A stretch of 64,000 nucleotides of DNA, from the NCBI RefSeq assembly GCF_006345805.1, contig NC_043013.1, forward strand, positions 59,210,001-59,274,000, read 5' to 3'. The stretch's first letter is position 1. Each line of letters starts with the position of its first letter. Below are positions 1-52,259 of the stretch, one piece after another. This stretch comes from Octopus sinensis (Eukaryota). A model generated the notes under the pieces. The model was not told where the DNA came from. It was given only the letters and a program-made list of their open reading frames with translations, and made no database searches. A program made the position numbers and the translations under genes.

Positions 1-281
1 TGAGTTTCATATTTCCCATAGTCTACAGAAGTACTCTTTTGTTATTCTGACTTTACTCTCTGCACCAATGTATGTAAATACTCTCATCGATTTCATATGC
101 ATGTGTGTGTGTGTCTCCTCGTCTCAATAACATGATATTTGTAAATGAGCATCCCTGTCATCCAAGCAGTGTTATTTATTCCTAATGTTCCGTGGAAATA
201 TATCTGCCCATAGGGAAATATTATCTTGCTTCAAAAACAGGTGAGGATTGGTAACAAGAAATATATCCACGTCTGCATGTG

Positions 282-330
<49 letters not shown>

Positions 331-342
331 TTGTCTACTTAC

Positions 343-39222
<38,880 letters not shown>

Positions 39223-39515
39223 CTTCGGTTTCTATTTCTTTTGCTCTCTTTTGTTGCCACTTCTGTATATAGTCTCAGATACCTCTCTGGTAAAAAAAAT
39301 CATAATACTATGGTTAATGTTCAAATTACGTATATATGAGTGTTTATATGAAAATATACAATTATACACAGGTAGTTCTCACTCTCAGCGTTTGTTTTTC
39401 ACAACTTTATAGTTCTATGAGAATTTTCAGCGGCAAAAATAAAAAGCAATATTTTTTGTTTTTTAATTTGTTTATAACTCAATGTGGGCTGTCTGAAAGC
39501 AATGAATGCATTTGT

Positions 39516-39709
39516 CAGCTAAGCTAAAGGCCACATTATGTCGGCGAGAGCCAGCAACTCCCAGTTTCCTTTGCTGTGGACCAACGTATTTGCTGCAATT
39601 GAAATGCGCTATTTTTTTTTATTAACAAGTGAATGTTTACGAGACATCTTAGAATACTTTCCTTGACTGCTCCGTTCTCTGTCTTTCTTTTAGAATATTG
39701 GGCATCCTT
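39516..39709. repeat. ~195-bp direct repeat, copy 2
   Basis: Matches 37882-38078. Confidence 0.85.
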
Positions 39710-41506
39710 TTTTTTTAACATACCAAAATACATTAGTACACTAACTGGAACATTAAATAAGAAACTAGAAGGAACCATAACTTTGGGAAAAAATGTATGG
39801 AATTATAAGGTAGCACCATGCTGGAAATACCATTAACACTTTAGTCCACAAATTGTTTTATTTGATTTATTATCTAAAAACTTTTTATACAACTTTATCT
39901 GATACTAAATATATAAAAACATTTTGTTACAATATTTGAAAGAGTTCAAATTCTGCTGAGGTCGACTTTGCCTTTTATCCTTTTGGAGTCGATCTAATCG
40001 ACTGGCCTCCTCCCCCAAAATTTCGGGCCTTGTGCTTAGAGTAGAAAAGAATATTTAAAAGACACTCCAGTCTTGATGACTAACTTAAGGTATCTCGAAA
40101 AAATACAGGTATTGCAGAAGTATGATGGATTGTCCTTCTGGTCCTAAAAAAAGGACCATGGGCGCTGTGCTAAAAACGATTTTTGAAAAATACTCATTTG
40201 AACTTATCCGTCCGTACAATTTTGAAAGAGATGTAGAAATATTTGGATGGAGTTATGAATGCGCATTCTATGCAATCTATTTGACTCGGAAGTAAAAAAA
40301 ATTGTGTCACTCTTCAAATAAAGATTTTTAACAATATAGATTGCTGGTTAAGCATGAATATTGGTTCTAAATTTTGGCACAAGGCCAGTAAGTTCAGGGG
40401 CAGGTTTAAATTGATTACATGAATCCCAATGCTCGACTAGTACTTATTTTCTCGACCCCGAAAAGACGAAAGACGAAGTCGACCACCACGAAATTTGAAC
40501 TCAGAACATAAAGACAGACGAAATGCCATTAAGCATTTTCCCCGGCGATACTTTCACTGCAATTTGTACAGAAGCTTTTTCCATCCTTACAGCGCTAAAG
40601 GATAAAAGAGAAGACTGTAAAGGAAACACCTTACTGTAAACCGTGGATGGTTTGGGCGCTAGAAGAGAGCAGGTTGGCACAATATCAAGAAGCACAGAGG
40701 ATGAAGCAGTAAAATTTTGTCCACAAAATTTAAGAAAGAATTACTGGAGAGGGAAATTACTTGTGAAGACAAGTTTTCAATGTGGATGGGGAAGGATTCT
40801 TTTGGAGATTAAAAAAAATACCACTAAGAATCGTCAATGTCTGTATTTAAAGTTTCGAAAGATCGACTAATTTCAATGTTTAGTAACAACACAAGCAGAG
40901 ATAGCAAACTGAAACCATTGGTAATCTTTGGTACCATTGGTAACCCTATAGAAATGCAATTAAAAGGCTTGAATTTCAGCTTCATGTTTGAAGATTTGTT
41001 TTCTCATTTCTTTTCCTGTGGTTCTTCTCTCTCTCTCACACACACATACACTCACACAACACTCATCACCTTTCATCTATCTCTCTTCCTCACCTTTCTC
41101 CCACTCTCTCCCCACTTATTTTCTTTCTCATTCTCTCACTGTCAACCAGATTGTGGCGCCATTTCTGGTCCTAGTATCCCACATTCCACCTATCACATTA
41201 CACCAAGCCTACCATGTGATTCGTTATTATTTATATTATCTCCTACATTTCTTATTCCTTTCTCTCCTCTTTGATAAAGAGTATTACCCGAAATATCAAA
41301 TTCGCTTCTGCTTCTTTCATTGGCGTATTTTCAATGTACACGTTCTTCCACTGTAATTTTTTCATTTCATATTCTTAGGCTGTTTCAGCGTTCGCTTTAC
41401 TTTGCTTTTTTAATATCATGTATTGTTCGTTTGTCTCTTCCTTGTCTCACAATCTTACTCATTATATTTGTCATGTATATATATATATATATATGCACAC
41501 ACGAAC

Positions 41507-41622
<116 letters not shown>

Positions 41623-41798
41623 CGTTTAAATATTTGTTGTGCAAGAATTTTTATGTGAAGTCGTGTGTTGAAACAGATATTGTTTTATTTCGGAATGGTC
41701 ATTTTGCCAGTTTAGCCAATAAAAACACACGCACTATATATTTGGTGTTATTTTGCTTCAGTGTTATTTATTTTTTACATTAATCTTAATCTTATTTC

Positions 41799-41843
41799 GG
41801 CCAGAGTTCTTTCGTCACACTCCTGTGACCGCATCAGTGGTCC
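41799..41843 (-). ncRNA. Minimal type I hammerhead-like ribozyme in PLE 3' repeat
   Basis: GGACCA-CUGAUGCG-GUCACA(GGAG)UGUGAC-GAAA-GAAC-UC-UGGCC. The core has CG where A9 is expected, and stem III is minimal. Confidence 0.6.
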
Positions 41844-42302
41844 TTTGTTTTCTTCTTTCTTATTTGTGTCTCTCCTTACTAACCGTCAGCCATTCTGTAT
41901 TTCTATTGTATGTCTTCATTTGCGCATGCTTATATCTCTATGTGCATTTATGTTTATTTAGTGTGTGTATGTGGGGGATGCCTGTAATATTTGTATCTTC
42001 TGTTTATATATGTTCATGTAATTTGTAATTTTATACGTTCATGTAATTTGTATTTTGTTTTTTGTTTTTGTTGTTTTTGTTTATTCTTATTTTGTTCCTG
42101 TGTTTACATCCACTTATTATTATCATTACATATGCTTGTATGTATGTATAACAACAATACTAGTAATAATAATAATAAATTGAATCGAAAAAAAAATACA
42201 TATATATATATACATATATACATACATATATATATATATAGTTATTTATTTCTATTAGTTTATTTATCTGTGTATTTATTATGTTTTCAGGATCCTCTAT
42301 CG

Positions 42303-43733
42303 TCATATGTTGTGGTGTGTGTTAGTGCTCCATTGTAGTTTTCTATTCAGGCTAGGTTTATTTTCTATTATGTGTGTAGCTTCTGTAATTTGTCTAATTG
42401 TTGCATCTGATCTGTGTGTGGATAATATTTTAATTTCTATGTTATTGATTGATCCCCCGTGTTCTTGTTCGACGTGTTGGTACAGAATCGATGAGCTTTT
42501 ACCTTCCTTGAGTTGTCTCCAATGCTCATTTACCCGCTCTCCTATGCTTCTTGCCGTTTCCCCTACGTATGTCGTTGTCTTGTTACTGCATCGTCCCTCT
42601 ATACATCTTTTACTATAGACTACATTTCTGGCTTTACAGTTTGTTTGTGGGGTAAATCTACATACAGTACAGTACTTATCCGTACAGGGGGTTCTACTAA
42701 AAGGATAGGTTCTACCAATTATAGATTTGATAGGGTTGCCTGGCTTTTCAACAACCTTAATTCTTAGCTTAAGTTTGTCTAGGGTCCTTCTAAAGCGATA
42801 CGCCAGTTCACCTCCAGGGATGGTGTCAACGAACATGACACTCTGGTATTTATGGCTATCATACCAAGAGTTGGCCTTCCCTATTTTCTTTTTTGTCCTT
42901 TCTATAGTGTTCCATGACTTGTTCCTATAGAGTGGGCAAATACCATTCCTATCATTACATAATATATTATCAAATTTCATAATGGCTCTTTTGTATACTC
43001 TGATCCTTTCTTTATGGCTGTAACCTGAGAACTGCATGCGGTGAATGAAATATTGTATGTGTCTCTTTAACTTTGTAGGCTCGCACATGCATGACACATT
43101 TCTCATTATTCTGACGAGGTCTGCCATCAAAATATTGAATTTGACATTGTCCGCAATGGCTGAGTTCCGGTGGATCAAGTATTTTGAGGCCATAGGTTTG
43201 GCATAGTATGAATGAAGGATTTGGGTTTTATTATTCACAATTTCTAGCCAGAGTTCGGTGTCTAGTACTGGTAGTCTATGGTTGGGGTGTTTAGTGGGGT
43301 AGTCTATTGTGACCTTAATACTCTGGTGGATGGAGTTAGCTATTTGCTGGATGCTCTCCATAGTATTAGTTTCTATTACTATATCAACATTACTCTCTTG
43401 TTGGGATGCCTTTACCACTATGTTGATATCATCAACATAGCGAGAGTACATGTTTACGAGTATGGAGTTCTGTGTTAGGCGTTCTTTAAGCCTTCTGTCC
43501 CACCATACCATGAAAAGGTTGGCCACATCACCAGCGATACTAACGCCGATGGCTGCCCCCTCGTCCTGGGCATATATTTTATTATTAAACTTAAACGTGT
43601 GGCCTTTTAGGGTAACTCTTATACTAGCTCCTAGTGCATGTGCGATCATTTTCTTTATCTGATGGACATTTGCGGGGCTCCGTATGGCTCTGGTCCATCC
43701 GCGCCATCTTTCTATATGTGTCTTCCTAGCCAT
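42303..43733 (-). CDS. Penelope-like RT C-terminal half plus GIY-YIG endonuclease (5'-truncated ORF, 476 aa)
   Basis: RT motifs AQDEGAAIGVSIAG and YSRYVDDI; nuclease region NVVY...YVGETARSIGERVNEH...QITEATHI...PSLN. The N-terminal RT motif A region is absent. Confidence 0.88.
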   Translation of the reverse strand: MARKTHIERWRGWTRAIRSPANVHQIKKMIAHALGASIRVTLKGHTFKFNNKIYAQDEGAAIGVSIAGDVANLFMVWWDRRLKERLTQNSILVNMYSRYVDDINIVVKASQQESNVDIVIETNTMESIQQIANSIHQSIKVTIDYPTKHPNHRLPVLDTELWLEIVNNKTQILHSYYAKPMASKYLIHRNSAIADNVKFNILMADLVRIMRNVSCMCEPTKLKRHIQYFIHRMQFSGYSHKERIRVYKRAIMKFDNILCNDRNGICPLYRNKSWNTIERTKKKIGKANSWYDSHKYQSVMFVDTIPGGELAYRFRRTLDKLKLRIKVVEKPGNPIKSIIGRTYPFSRTPCTDKYCTVCRFTPQTNCKARNVVYSKRCIEGRCSNKTTTYVGETARSIGERVNEHWRQLKEGKSSSILYQHVEQEHGGSINNIEIKILSTHRSDATIRQITEATHIIENKPSLNRKLQWSTNTHHNI

Positions 43734-44073
43734 AGAAGTAATTGTGGGCGGTCTACCTCTTAAACATCTACTGGGGCAGAAACTACTAAGATTATGTTTA
43801 TCTAAGTATTCATTATTACATTATGATATGGGGGATCAATCAATAACATAGAAATTAAAATATTATCCACACATAGATCAGATGCAACAATTAGACAAAT
43901 TACAGAAGCTACACACATAATAGAAAATAAACCTAGCCTGAATAGAAAACTACAATGGAGCACTAACACACACCACAACATATGACGATAGAGGATCCTG
44001 AAAACATAATAAATACACAGATAAATAAACTAATAGAAATAAATAACTATATATATATATATATATGTATGTA

Positions 44074-44104
<31 letters not shown>

Positions 44105-44450
44105 GTATTTTTTTTCGATTCAATTTATTATTATTATTACTAGTATTGTTGTTATACATACATACAAGCATATGTAATGATAATAATAAGTGGATGTAAA
44201 CACAGGAACAAAATAAGAATAAACAAAAACAAAAAACAAAATACAAATTACATGAACATATAAAATTACAAATTACATGAACATATATAAACAGAAGATA
44301 CAAATATTACAGGCATCCCCCACATACACACACTAAATAAACATAAATGCACATAGAGATATAAGCATGCGCAAATGAAGACATACAATAGAAATACAAA
44401 ATGGCTGACGGTTAGTAAGGAGAGACACAAATAAGAAAGAAGAAAACAAA

Positions 44451-44495
44451 GGACCACTGATGCGGTCACAGGAGTGTGACGAAAGAACTCTGGCC
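44451..44495 (+). ncRNA. Minimal type I hammerhead-like ribozyme (inverted copy)
   Basis: Exact reverse complement of 41799-41843. Confidence 0.6.
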
Positions 44496-44609
44496 GAAAT
44501 AAGATTAAGATTAATGTAAAAAATAAATAACACTGAAGCAAAATAACACCAAATATATAGTGCGTGTGTTTTTATTGGCTAAACTGGCAAAATGACCATT
44601 CCGAAATAT

Positions 44610-44694
<85 letters not shown>

Positions 44695-44746
44695 TATATG
44701 TATGTATGTATGGTGTGTGTGTGTGTGTGTGTATGTGTGTGTTTAT

Positions 44747-44910
44747 ATAACTGAAGAGATGGCGGCGCAGATTTCCACCCCGACATCCAAACTCGGAGTT
44801 TTATCATGGCTACCGAATAGTTGTCACATATTATATTTACAGATAAATTCCTCTATTCACATAATATCGAGGTCTCTTTCATTCTTTTGTTTTCTTACCA
44901 TTTCTATCAA
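44747..44910 (+). repeat. Single arm of the 28.8-kb HHR family; G of GAAA deleted
   Basis: ataactgaagagatggc...catccaaactcggagttttatcatggcta matches 29096-29165, and the tail matches the reverse complement of 28750-28860. Confidence 0.7.
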
Positions 44911-45059
44911 TACATGTTTATATATATATATGTATGTATGTATGTATGTGTGTGTGTGTTGTGTGTGTGTGTGTGTGTTGTGTGTGTGTGTGTAGAAGGT
45001 TGAAAAGTAACAGACAAGTTGATATTATAAGGGAAATAAGGTAGAAAATGCTAAAATAA

Positions 45060-45680
45060 TTTTATCATGAAGAACATTTTAGTACCGGTTTCAGCCTTTT
45101 CGACTTCTTCAACGTAGAGTAAAGCATGAAAAACAATTGAAGTAGGTAGGTAGAAGCAGATCGAAGAAATATTTAATATGAGGGGTGTTGATTCTGGATT
45201 TTGACTGGTTAAGCAGCAGTACCAAGGAAAGAGACGGCGAAGAACAAAGAGGAGGAGGATGACGAAGGGGAGAAAAGAAGAGAAAGAAGAAGAAAAAGAC
45301 GGGAGTGGTATGACTGCAGTAGGCTGTTCGTAGAGTCTTCTTGAATGGTCAAGTGACCTAAAAGTGACATGTTGTGGTTATAACAGTAGTGATTGGAATT
45401 GTTCTGAATAATTTCATGGGCAGTGACTGTTCTAAATATATCGTTTTTAATATTTGTGTGGCTACTATTCTAAGATCCTTGTAGTGGTGTCATCTGTGGT
45501 GGAAGCATTCGAAAGGGATTTATATCTTGCGATAAAATATGATTCTTTGCTAATGCGCTGATTATAGGTTGAATTGTCCCTGAATTTATAGAGGGGAAAA
45601 ATTCTGAAGTTGGGTTGTTCGTTAATGGCACAAATGTCGATGTGTTCGCTAAATGCTATTTTTCTGTATTTCAATCTGTG
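45060..45680 (-). mobile_element. Decayed PLE 3' end (GIY-YIG C-terminus plus HHR relic at 45081-45116)
   Basis: YRKIAFSEHIDICA...RISKESYFIARYKSLSN, followed downstream by UUGAAGA-AGUC(GAAAA)GGCU-GAAACCGGUA. Confidence 0.6.
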
Positions 45681-45854
45681 ATATACGTAGGGTCATCCTC
45701 TGGCGTACACTGTTTTTGATTTGGAACAAAAGGAACAGAGGGGTATTTAACGTTTCGAGCAAAGCTCTTCTTCAGAGACATGAAACAGAGGGAAGTCCGA
45801 AAGAAAAGTAAGACGGAGGAAAAAATCGCCAACATTCTACATACAGTAATATAC

Positions 45855-45907
<53 letters not shown>

Positions 45908-46019
45908 CATACATACTACATACATACATACATACATACATACATACATACACTGATAGATATAGATAGATATATAAACATGATTAAATATATACAGATA
46001 TATATATATATATATATAG

Positions 46020-46051
<32 letters not shown>

Positions 46052-46126
46052 GTTTATATATATAAGTTTATTTAAATATAATATATATATGTTTATGTAT
46101 ATATGTTTATATATAAATATATATAA

Positions 46127-46185
<59 letters not shown>

Positions 46186-47329
46186 CACACACTTAACAAG
46201 TTTGGAGATCTTCAAATACTGTTTTATTGTCAATCGCTACTACTACTGCTACAACAACAGCAACAGCAACAACAACTATTACTAGTACTACTACTACTTG
46301 TACTACATACACATACATCATTGTTACCTTGTTTTATGAGAGTCGTATACAACGCATAAAAGCTGTAGAAACTTTTGGAGACGTAAAAGTATGTCGGTGC
46401 GTTGATATCTGAATAGCAACGGGCAAGCCATAAGCAATAATCTTCTCAAGATTCTAAGGAATTGTATTGACAACTATATTTTATTTCCATTCGGTGAGTG
46501 TCGTCGTGTTCGTGTTTTGGTTCAGTGATCTTTTAATACCAATATAAAGTTTATTCATAATATATAGAGAGTTAAGTAAAATATGTTATGCATTATATTG
46601 CCAATTACGCCGTGATAACAAAATGGTCTATAAATGCAACAAATAAAAATGTTTGCCTTTATGTAGTATAAATGACTGTACTTTAGGTAGATGAATGAAA
46701 ACAAGGGTACTAGTATGTTTGATCGTGTTGATATTTAGAGTACGTGTACTTAGATATTTAGAGTACTTACTCTCACTTTCTAATTTCTCTGTGTTCCATT
46801 TATGACAGGTTTAGCTCAGGTAGAAGTTTTAGATAGGTGGATTAAGAAGAATGTATGTAGCTGTAGGTCTGTCTATAAGGTATTTGTAGCAGAAAATCGT
46901 ACTTATGGGAAAGGTATTTACATAAAATATTGAGATTGAAACAACTGTAAACTAAATTGAGTAAGAAAACGAAAGTAATAAGTTATAATTACGATGGAAC
47001 AAAGGAGATGATAATGCTATTTAGAAGTTTTAAGATAACAGAAATAAAATACAAAGTCACATTTTCGATATAATATCAGTATAGATCGTTATTGAAAGTG
47101 TCTGATGGAACATTCAAATATTTTCTGGAAGCTAGTACTTCAGTGGGGTTACGCAATGCCTAAAACTACGATAAGATTCAGGAAACTCAGAAGGTCGTAT
47201 CATAAAAAATAAATATGTTGTTTATTGGGATCTACTTTGCGTCGATAGCATTTAAAGGCTTTATAAATTCTGTGTCCTATAGGTGGACATTTTTTGTCTG
47301 AATGCCCGTTTATTATAAGTTTCTTTTCA

Positions 47330-47331
<2 letters not shown>

Positions 47332-47398
<67 letters not shown>

Positions 47399-47419
47399 GT
47401 CTGTCTGTCTATCTGTCTA

Positions 47420-47456
<37 letters not shown>

Positions 47457-47472
47457 TTGTCTATCTATCTAT
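47332..47472. repeat. (TCTA)n/(TCTG)n microsatellite
   Basis: Direct inspection. Confidence 0.9.
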
Positions 47473-47476
47473 CCGC

Positions 47477-47863
47477 TCAGTCGAAGTCGACTCGATAGAT
47501 CAGTGTCCTCCAGTCAGTTCTATCCTGGGCCGCTTCTTTCAGATTGGCTGTGTCCATTCCGGTATCACTCTTGATGGTGTCAAGCCAGCGGGTTCTTGAT
47601 CGGCCTCTTCCTCTCTTGCCACTGACCATTCCGAGCATGATGTCCTTCTCCAGGGATTTTCTCCGCATAATATGACCAAAATATGCCAATCTATGCTTGG
47701 TGATCCTAGCTTCTTGCGACATTTTCGTCCTGATCTGCTTAAGAACTTCTCCATTGGTGAGCCTCGCTCTCCATGGAATCCGTAAAAGTCTTCTCCCACA
47801 CCAAAGCTCGAATGCATTAATTCTCTTCTGGTCATATAGAAACAATATATGATCTTTGTGCAC
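47477..47863 (-). mobile_element. RTE-clade LINE 3' end
   Basis: RINAFELWCGRRLLRIPWRARLTNGEVL...[17 protein letters not shown]; abuts a (TCTA)n tract. Confidence 0.85.
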
Positions 47864-50329
47864 GAATTAAAGAATATAAAATTTAGGAAGCGTTATAATG
47901 AGTTCCTAAACAAACTAAACCAAAAATTAAAGGACAAAAAATTTTAGCCAATCATAAGTGAAGTCAGTCAAGAATAAAAGTAGTATATATGTAAACAACA
48001 AACCATTGTACATTGGACACGTCGCTAATTCAGTCACAGAAAAGTGGAATGGAATACACTTAAGTAGACACACAATCAAAGATTGAAAATAACGTCGGAA
48101 TTAGATACAACATATTGATTGGAACCATGAATACTCAATCACATCACTTTTAAAGGTTTTAAGCGAAATTGCCTACAGGAATATATCATTCGCTTAATTA
48201 ACCCCGCCATAACAGACATCGGTAAAATCAGCAAAACTCCATTAAATCTAATAATCTCATAAACAAGTATCAACTCGAAGCAGCTATCAGTTCTGTCACT
48301 TTAGAATAATGCATACAATTATAGAAGCGACTAAATCTATACCTAGAGTGGAACAATACAAGGTCCTACAGCTTAATATACAGGAGTATTACTAATCTAT
48401 CGCTAAGCCTTTACTTATGAGCGCCCTAGAACTATCACGAGCAAAAGGAAGAAAATTGTTGCTTGTTCGACAAACAACTTTACAATATGATAAAGCAATA
48501 CGAATTTTAAATCTACATCTATTCCATTTCATAACAGTATGGGGACGTATTATTCAGCTGAGGTGAGTGATTTAGGAGGTTTTTACCACCAGTTAAAGAG
48601 TTATGAAAAATAAAACCCGTTCTTTAAAAATGGCATATTTAAAATACTAACCGAAGAGAATATCACTGAAGCCACCCTACTGTAAATGTGAATAATTTGC
48701 CATTTTATTCATGCTGTAAACAAAATTAAACCCTTGTTTATATAAAAAAAAAACAATCATATCATCCTAAAACTATCATTAATAATATAATTAAAATCAC
48801 ACCTTTAAAGTTTCAACCAAGAGAAATCTTGACCGTCGTAGCCATTTTTGTAAGGACTCCCTGATCAAAAACATAAAGTTTCAATGAAAGTAGAAGACAC
48901 AGGCAGGAATGTTTCAACTGTATCATAGACAAAAAAATGTATTCTGAATGTTCAGATACTATAAGGACACCATAATTCATCCCACAGATTCAAAACATTG
49001 ATAATGGTTCTAGAAAATTAATGAGGGTCATCACGAAAGGACTTCAGATGAAATAGTAGTGTATGAAGAACATTCGATACTAGTCATATCTACTGAGGAG
49101 TGGCAAATGCATTGTCTGTCAAGTGGTTACTTAACAAGGTTAAAAACCTCAGGAACATAACAGGCTTTGATTCTTCTCTACTGAGAAAAACTTCAGCCAA
49201 GACCAAAAGAGTAACAGAAGAAATGATAGATGGTTTTGTGTAGATCCTTCCGATGTTCCCAAGAATGATGGAGATTCTGTTTCCAACAACTGGAATGGTT
49301 TTAGGAGTTGTGAGTAATGAAATTCGTGCCATGCTACCTCATGTCTTTTCACAGGATATAAGGATCAATACTGCTGGATAATTTAAGATACTGATGACAG
49401 TTGGATGGATGAGTGTGGAGTGGAAGGCTATTACATGTTTCAGCAAGATTCAGTAGATTCTCACGAAACTTATATAATCCAAGAAAGGATGTCAAACAGT
49501 ATTTTCAAACATGTAACACCGAACATGTAGCATTCAAACTGATTTAAATCCCATGGGTCATTATATTTGGAGCTTGTTGAAATGGTAGCTAATCGACATT
49601 TTCAATCACAAGTTTGCCACTGTTCAGGTGATTTCCAAAATGAAAAAGCACCATTTAGTGTAGGCATGTCAACAATTCTCATCTTTCATTGAAGCAGTTA
49701 TCAAAACTGAAGGCAGATTCACAGAATAATCTTATAAGAAAGCTTATCGAGAACACGAGCACAAATTTTTATTAAAATGCATTTGATTTTTGTTAGATTA
49801 GAATAGTTTTATTAAATTTTTTAAAATGTCCTCAAATATTTTTGCACTTTGTAGTTAAAGGAAAATTCTCAACTTCAGAGTAACGTGTGTTTTATGTGTG
49901 AAACATATGAGCTGGGCAGGTTGTCCCATATCCATTACTAGTATGTGGGTTTGTGACCCATTCATGTACTTATGTGTGTGTGTGTGTGTTGTGTGTCTTT
50001 CCTTCAACTCTTCCTATGCATACGTGTGTACATGTACACTTGTGTAAATAAGAAACCTGCTATGTAATTCTATACATTCAAATGTTTTATGAGAATACAG
50101 ACTTGTATATGTGAATAATGCTAATGTAAAGTTACTTGCTAGGGTTGTTGACCTGGAGAACAACAACAAATATCCCTCCCTGCATTTTAACAGGCCAGTA
50201 TCCCTCCCCTTCTCTCATTTTTCTTAATTTCTGATCCCACTCCAAAATTTCTTTATTTCCTACTATCCTTCTGCAGGCATTCATAACCTGCCTCACTCAC
50301 ACCTCTGTCATTGACTCACAGATGAATTG

Positions 50330-50387
<58 letters not shown>

Positions 50388-51120
50388 ATTTCTCTCTCTT
50401 TCTCTCTTTCTCTCTCTCTCTCTATCTCTCTCTCTTTCTCTTCTCTCTTTTCAACCTCCATTATAATAGCCTCTACTCTTCAGATCTGGCTGGGCTCTGA
50501 CCACCTGTACACTGACATTCTTACCCTACTCATTCCTCTTCTTATTACCTTGTTGTGTTCAACCCTTGGGCCCTTGCATTAATCAGAACACTCAATCTTT
50601 TCTTCCCAGAATGATGGCATTAATGCCCTTCTGGTGCATATCTTTCCCACAGTTGTTAACTTAGTTTCAAAAGGAACATCAATAACATCAATTTCACTAT
50701 TCCAGGAGGATCTGAAGATGTCTTGGGCAATTTACTTTCCTCCAGCCCCAGCAAATTAAAAAGAAATACTTTTCCCTCCCCCAACACTTCCCTCCTATAC
50801 ATGCACATCAAATAATCATCTGCTTTTACCTACACTCTTTTAATCTTTTACTCTTTTACTTGTTTCAGTCATTTGACTGCGGCCATGCTGGAGCACCACC
50901 TATAGTCTAGCAAATTGACCCCAGGAATTATTCTTTGTAAGCCTAGTACTTATTCTATTGGTCTCTTTTGCAGAACTGCTAAGTTACTGGGGTGTAAACA
51001 CACCAGCATCAGTTGTCAAGCAATGTTTGGGGGGGGGGACAAACACACACACACACACACACACACATTAGAAATCTTTTTTAGAATCCTCCAAATTAAA
51101 GGATGAAATTTAATTCAACC

Positions 51121-51169
<49 letters not shown>

Positions 51170-51229
51170 TAATGGCGGTGCATCAGCATGGCTGCAACTC
51201 TGAGCTGAAACTACAGAAAACAATATATA

Positions 51230-51630
51230 TAGGCGCAGGAGAGGTTGTGCGGTAAATAGCTTGCTTACCAACCACATGGTTCTGAGTTCAGTCTCACTGC
51301 ATGGCACCTTGGGCAAGTGTTTTCTACTATAGCTTCAGGCCAACCAAGGCCTTGTGAGTGGATTCGGTAGATGGAAACTGAAAGAAGCCCATTGTGTTTA
51401 TGGATGTATATGTGAATGTGTCTTTCTGTCTGTGTTTGTCCTCTCACCACCACTTGACAACTGGTGTTGGTGCATTTGTGTCCCATAACTTAGTGGTTTG
51501 ACAAAAGAGACTGATAGAGTAAGTACCAGGTTTAAAAAATAAGTACTGGGGCCAATTAATTTGACTAAAAATTCAAGCAGTGCTCCAGCATGGCCACAGT
51601 CTAATGACTGAGACAAGTAAGAGATAAAAG
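51230..51630 (+). mobile_element. SINE family A (diverged)
   Basis: Same architecture. Confidence 0.8.
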
Positions 51631-51659
51631 ATAATCAAATTGCTTATAGAACAATGACC

Positions 51660-52255
51660 ACCTAGAGAGAGACATACAGAACAACAACCTTTACACCTAC
51701 CCAAATCCTTTTGTGAACATCAAAGCACAAGAGAACCAATTTTCTATACTAACAACCTTATGACATGCCTGACTTATAATCCCTACCTTCGAAATTAAAA
51801 GGGGAAATACTCTAAATAACGACAATAACAAGTAAAGAAACTGACCAGTTAAAGCATACCGCCTATTTACACTCTTTTGTGAAATCCTTAAACAAGAAGT
51901 CCATTACAAAAAAGTTGACATATCCAATTGCTAAGATTTAAATAGTGGATTTTGTACCCTTTGATCTTTAGGTTGTCAAAGCAAAGGATTAAATCCAATA
52001 AAACCAAAAATAAAACTACTGACATAACTTGTACCTATCTAACAAAAGAGACACACCTAAATGTTGACATAGTAAAAATTTTTCTAAAACACCTCTCCAT
52101 AACAGCCAATCATAAAAACCTAAGTACCACTCCACTCAAACCCACACACCCAAAGAAGATTTTAACTCAACAGAGATTGTATAAAGCCGTGACTAACTCT
52201 AATGCACTGCAGTCCCGATGGTGGCTTACCTGGCCAAAACTTCGAAGTCACTGAC
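51660..52255 (+). mobile_element. Highly decayed PLE-like 3' fragment ending in an HHR relic (52210-52253)
   Basis: CAGU-C-CCGAUGG-UGGC(UUACCU)GGCC-AAAA-CUU(CG)AAG-UC-ACUG: stems I and III intact, core decayed by transitions. Confidence 0.5.
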
Positions 52256-52259
52256 AACA

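Larger units (their letters stand above)
41677..44617 (-). mobile_element. 5'-truncated Penelope-like element with inverted terminal arms (41677-42458 and 43830-44617)
   Basis: Internal RT-GIY-YIG ORF; the ~780-bp arms are near-identical reverse complements joined at a CCCCC/GGGGG microhomology; each arm carries an HHR motif. Confidence 0.9.

Noticed and set aside
41677-44617. Interpretation as an LTR retrotransposon or DNA transposon with long TIRs
   Set aside because: The repeats are inverted and overlap the ORF end, and the protein is RT plus GIY-YIG with no gag, integrase or DDE domain.
49090-49352. Two overlapping ORFs, possibly a transposase remnant
   Set aside because: No motif I can recognise with confidence.
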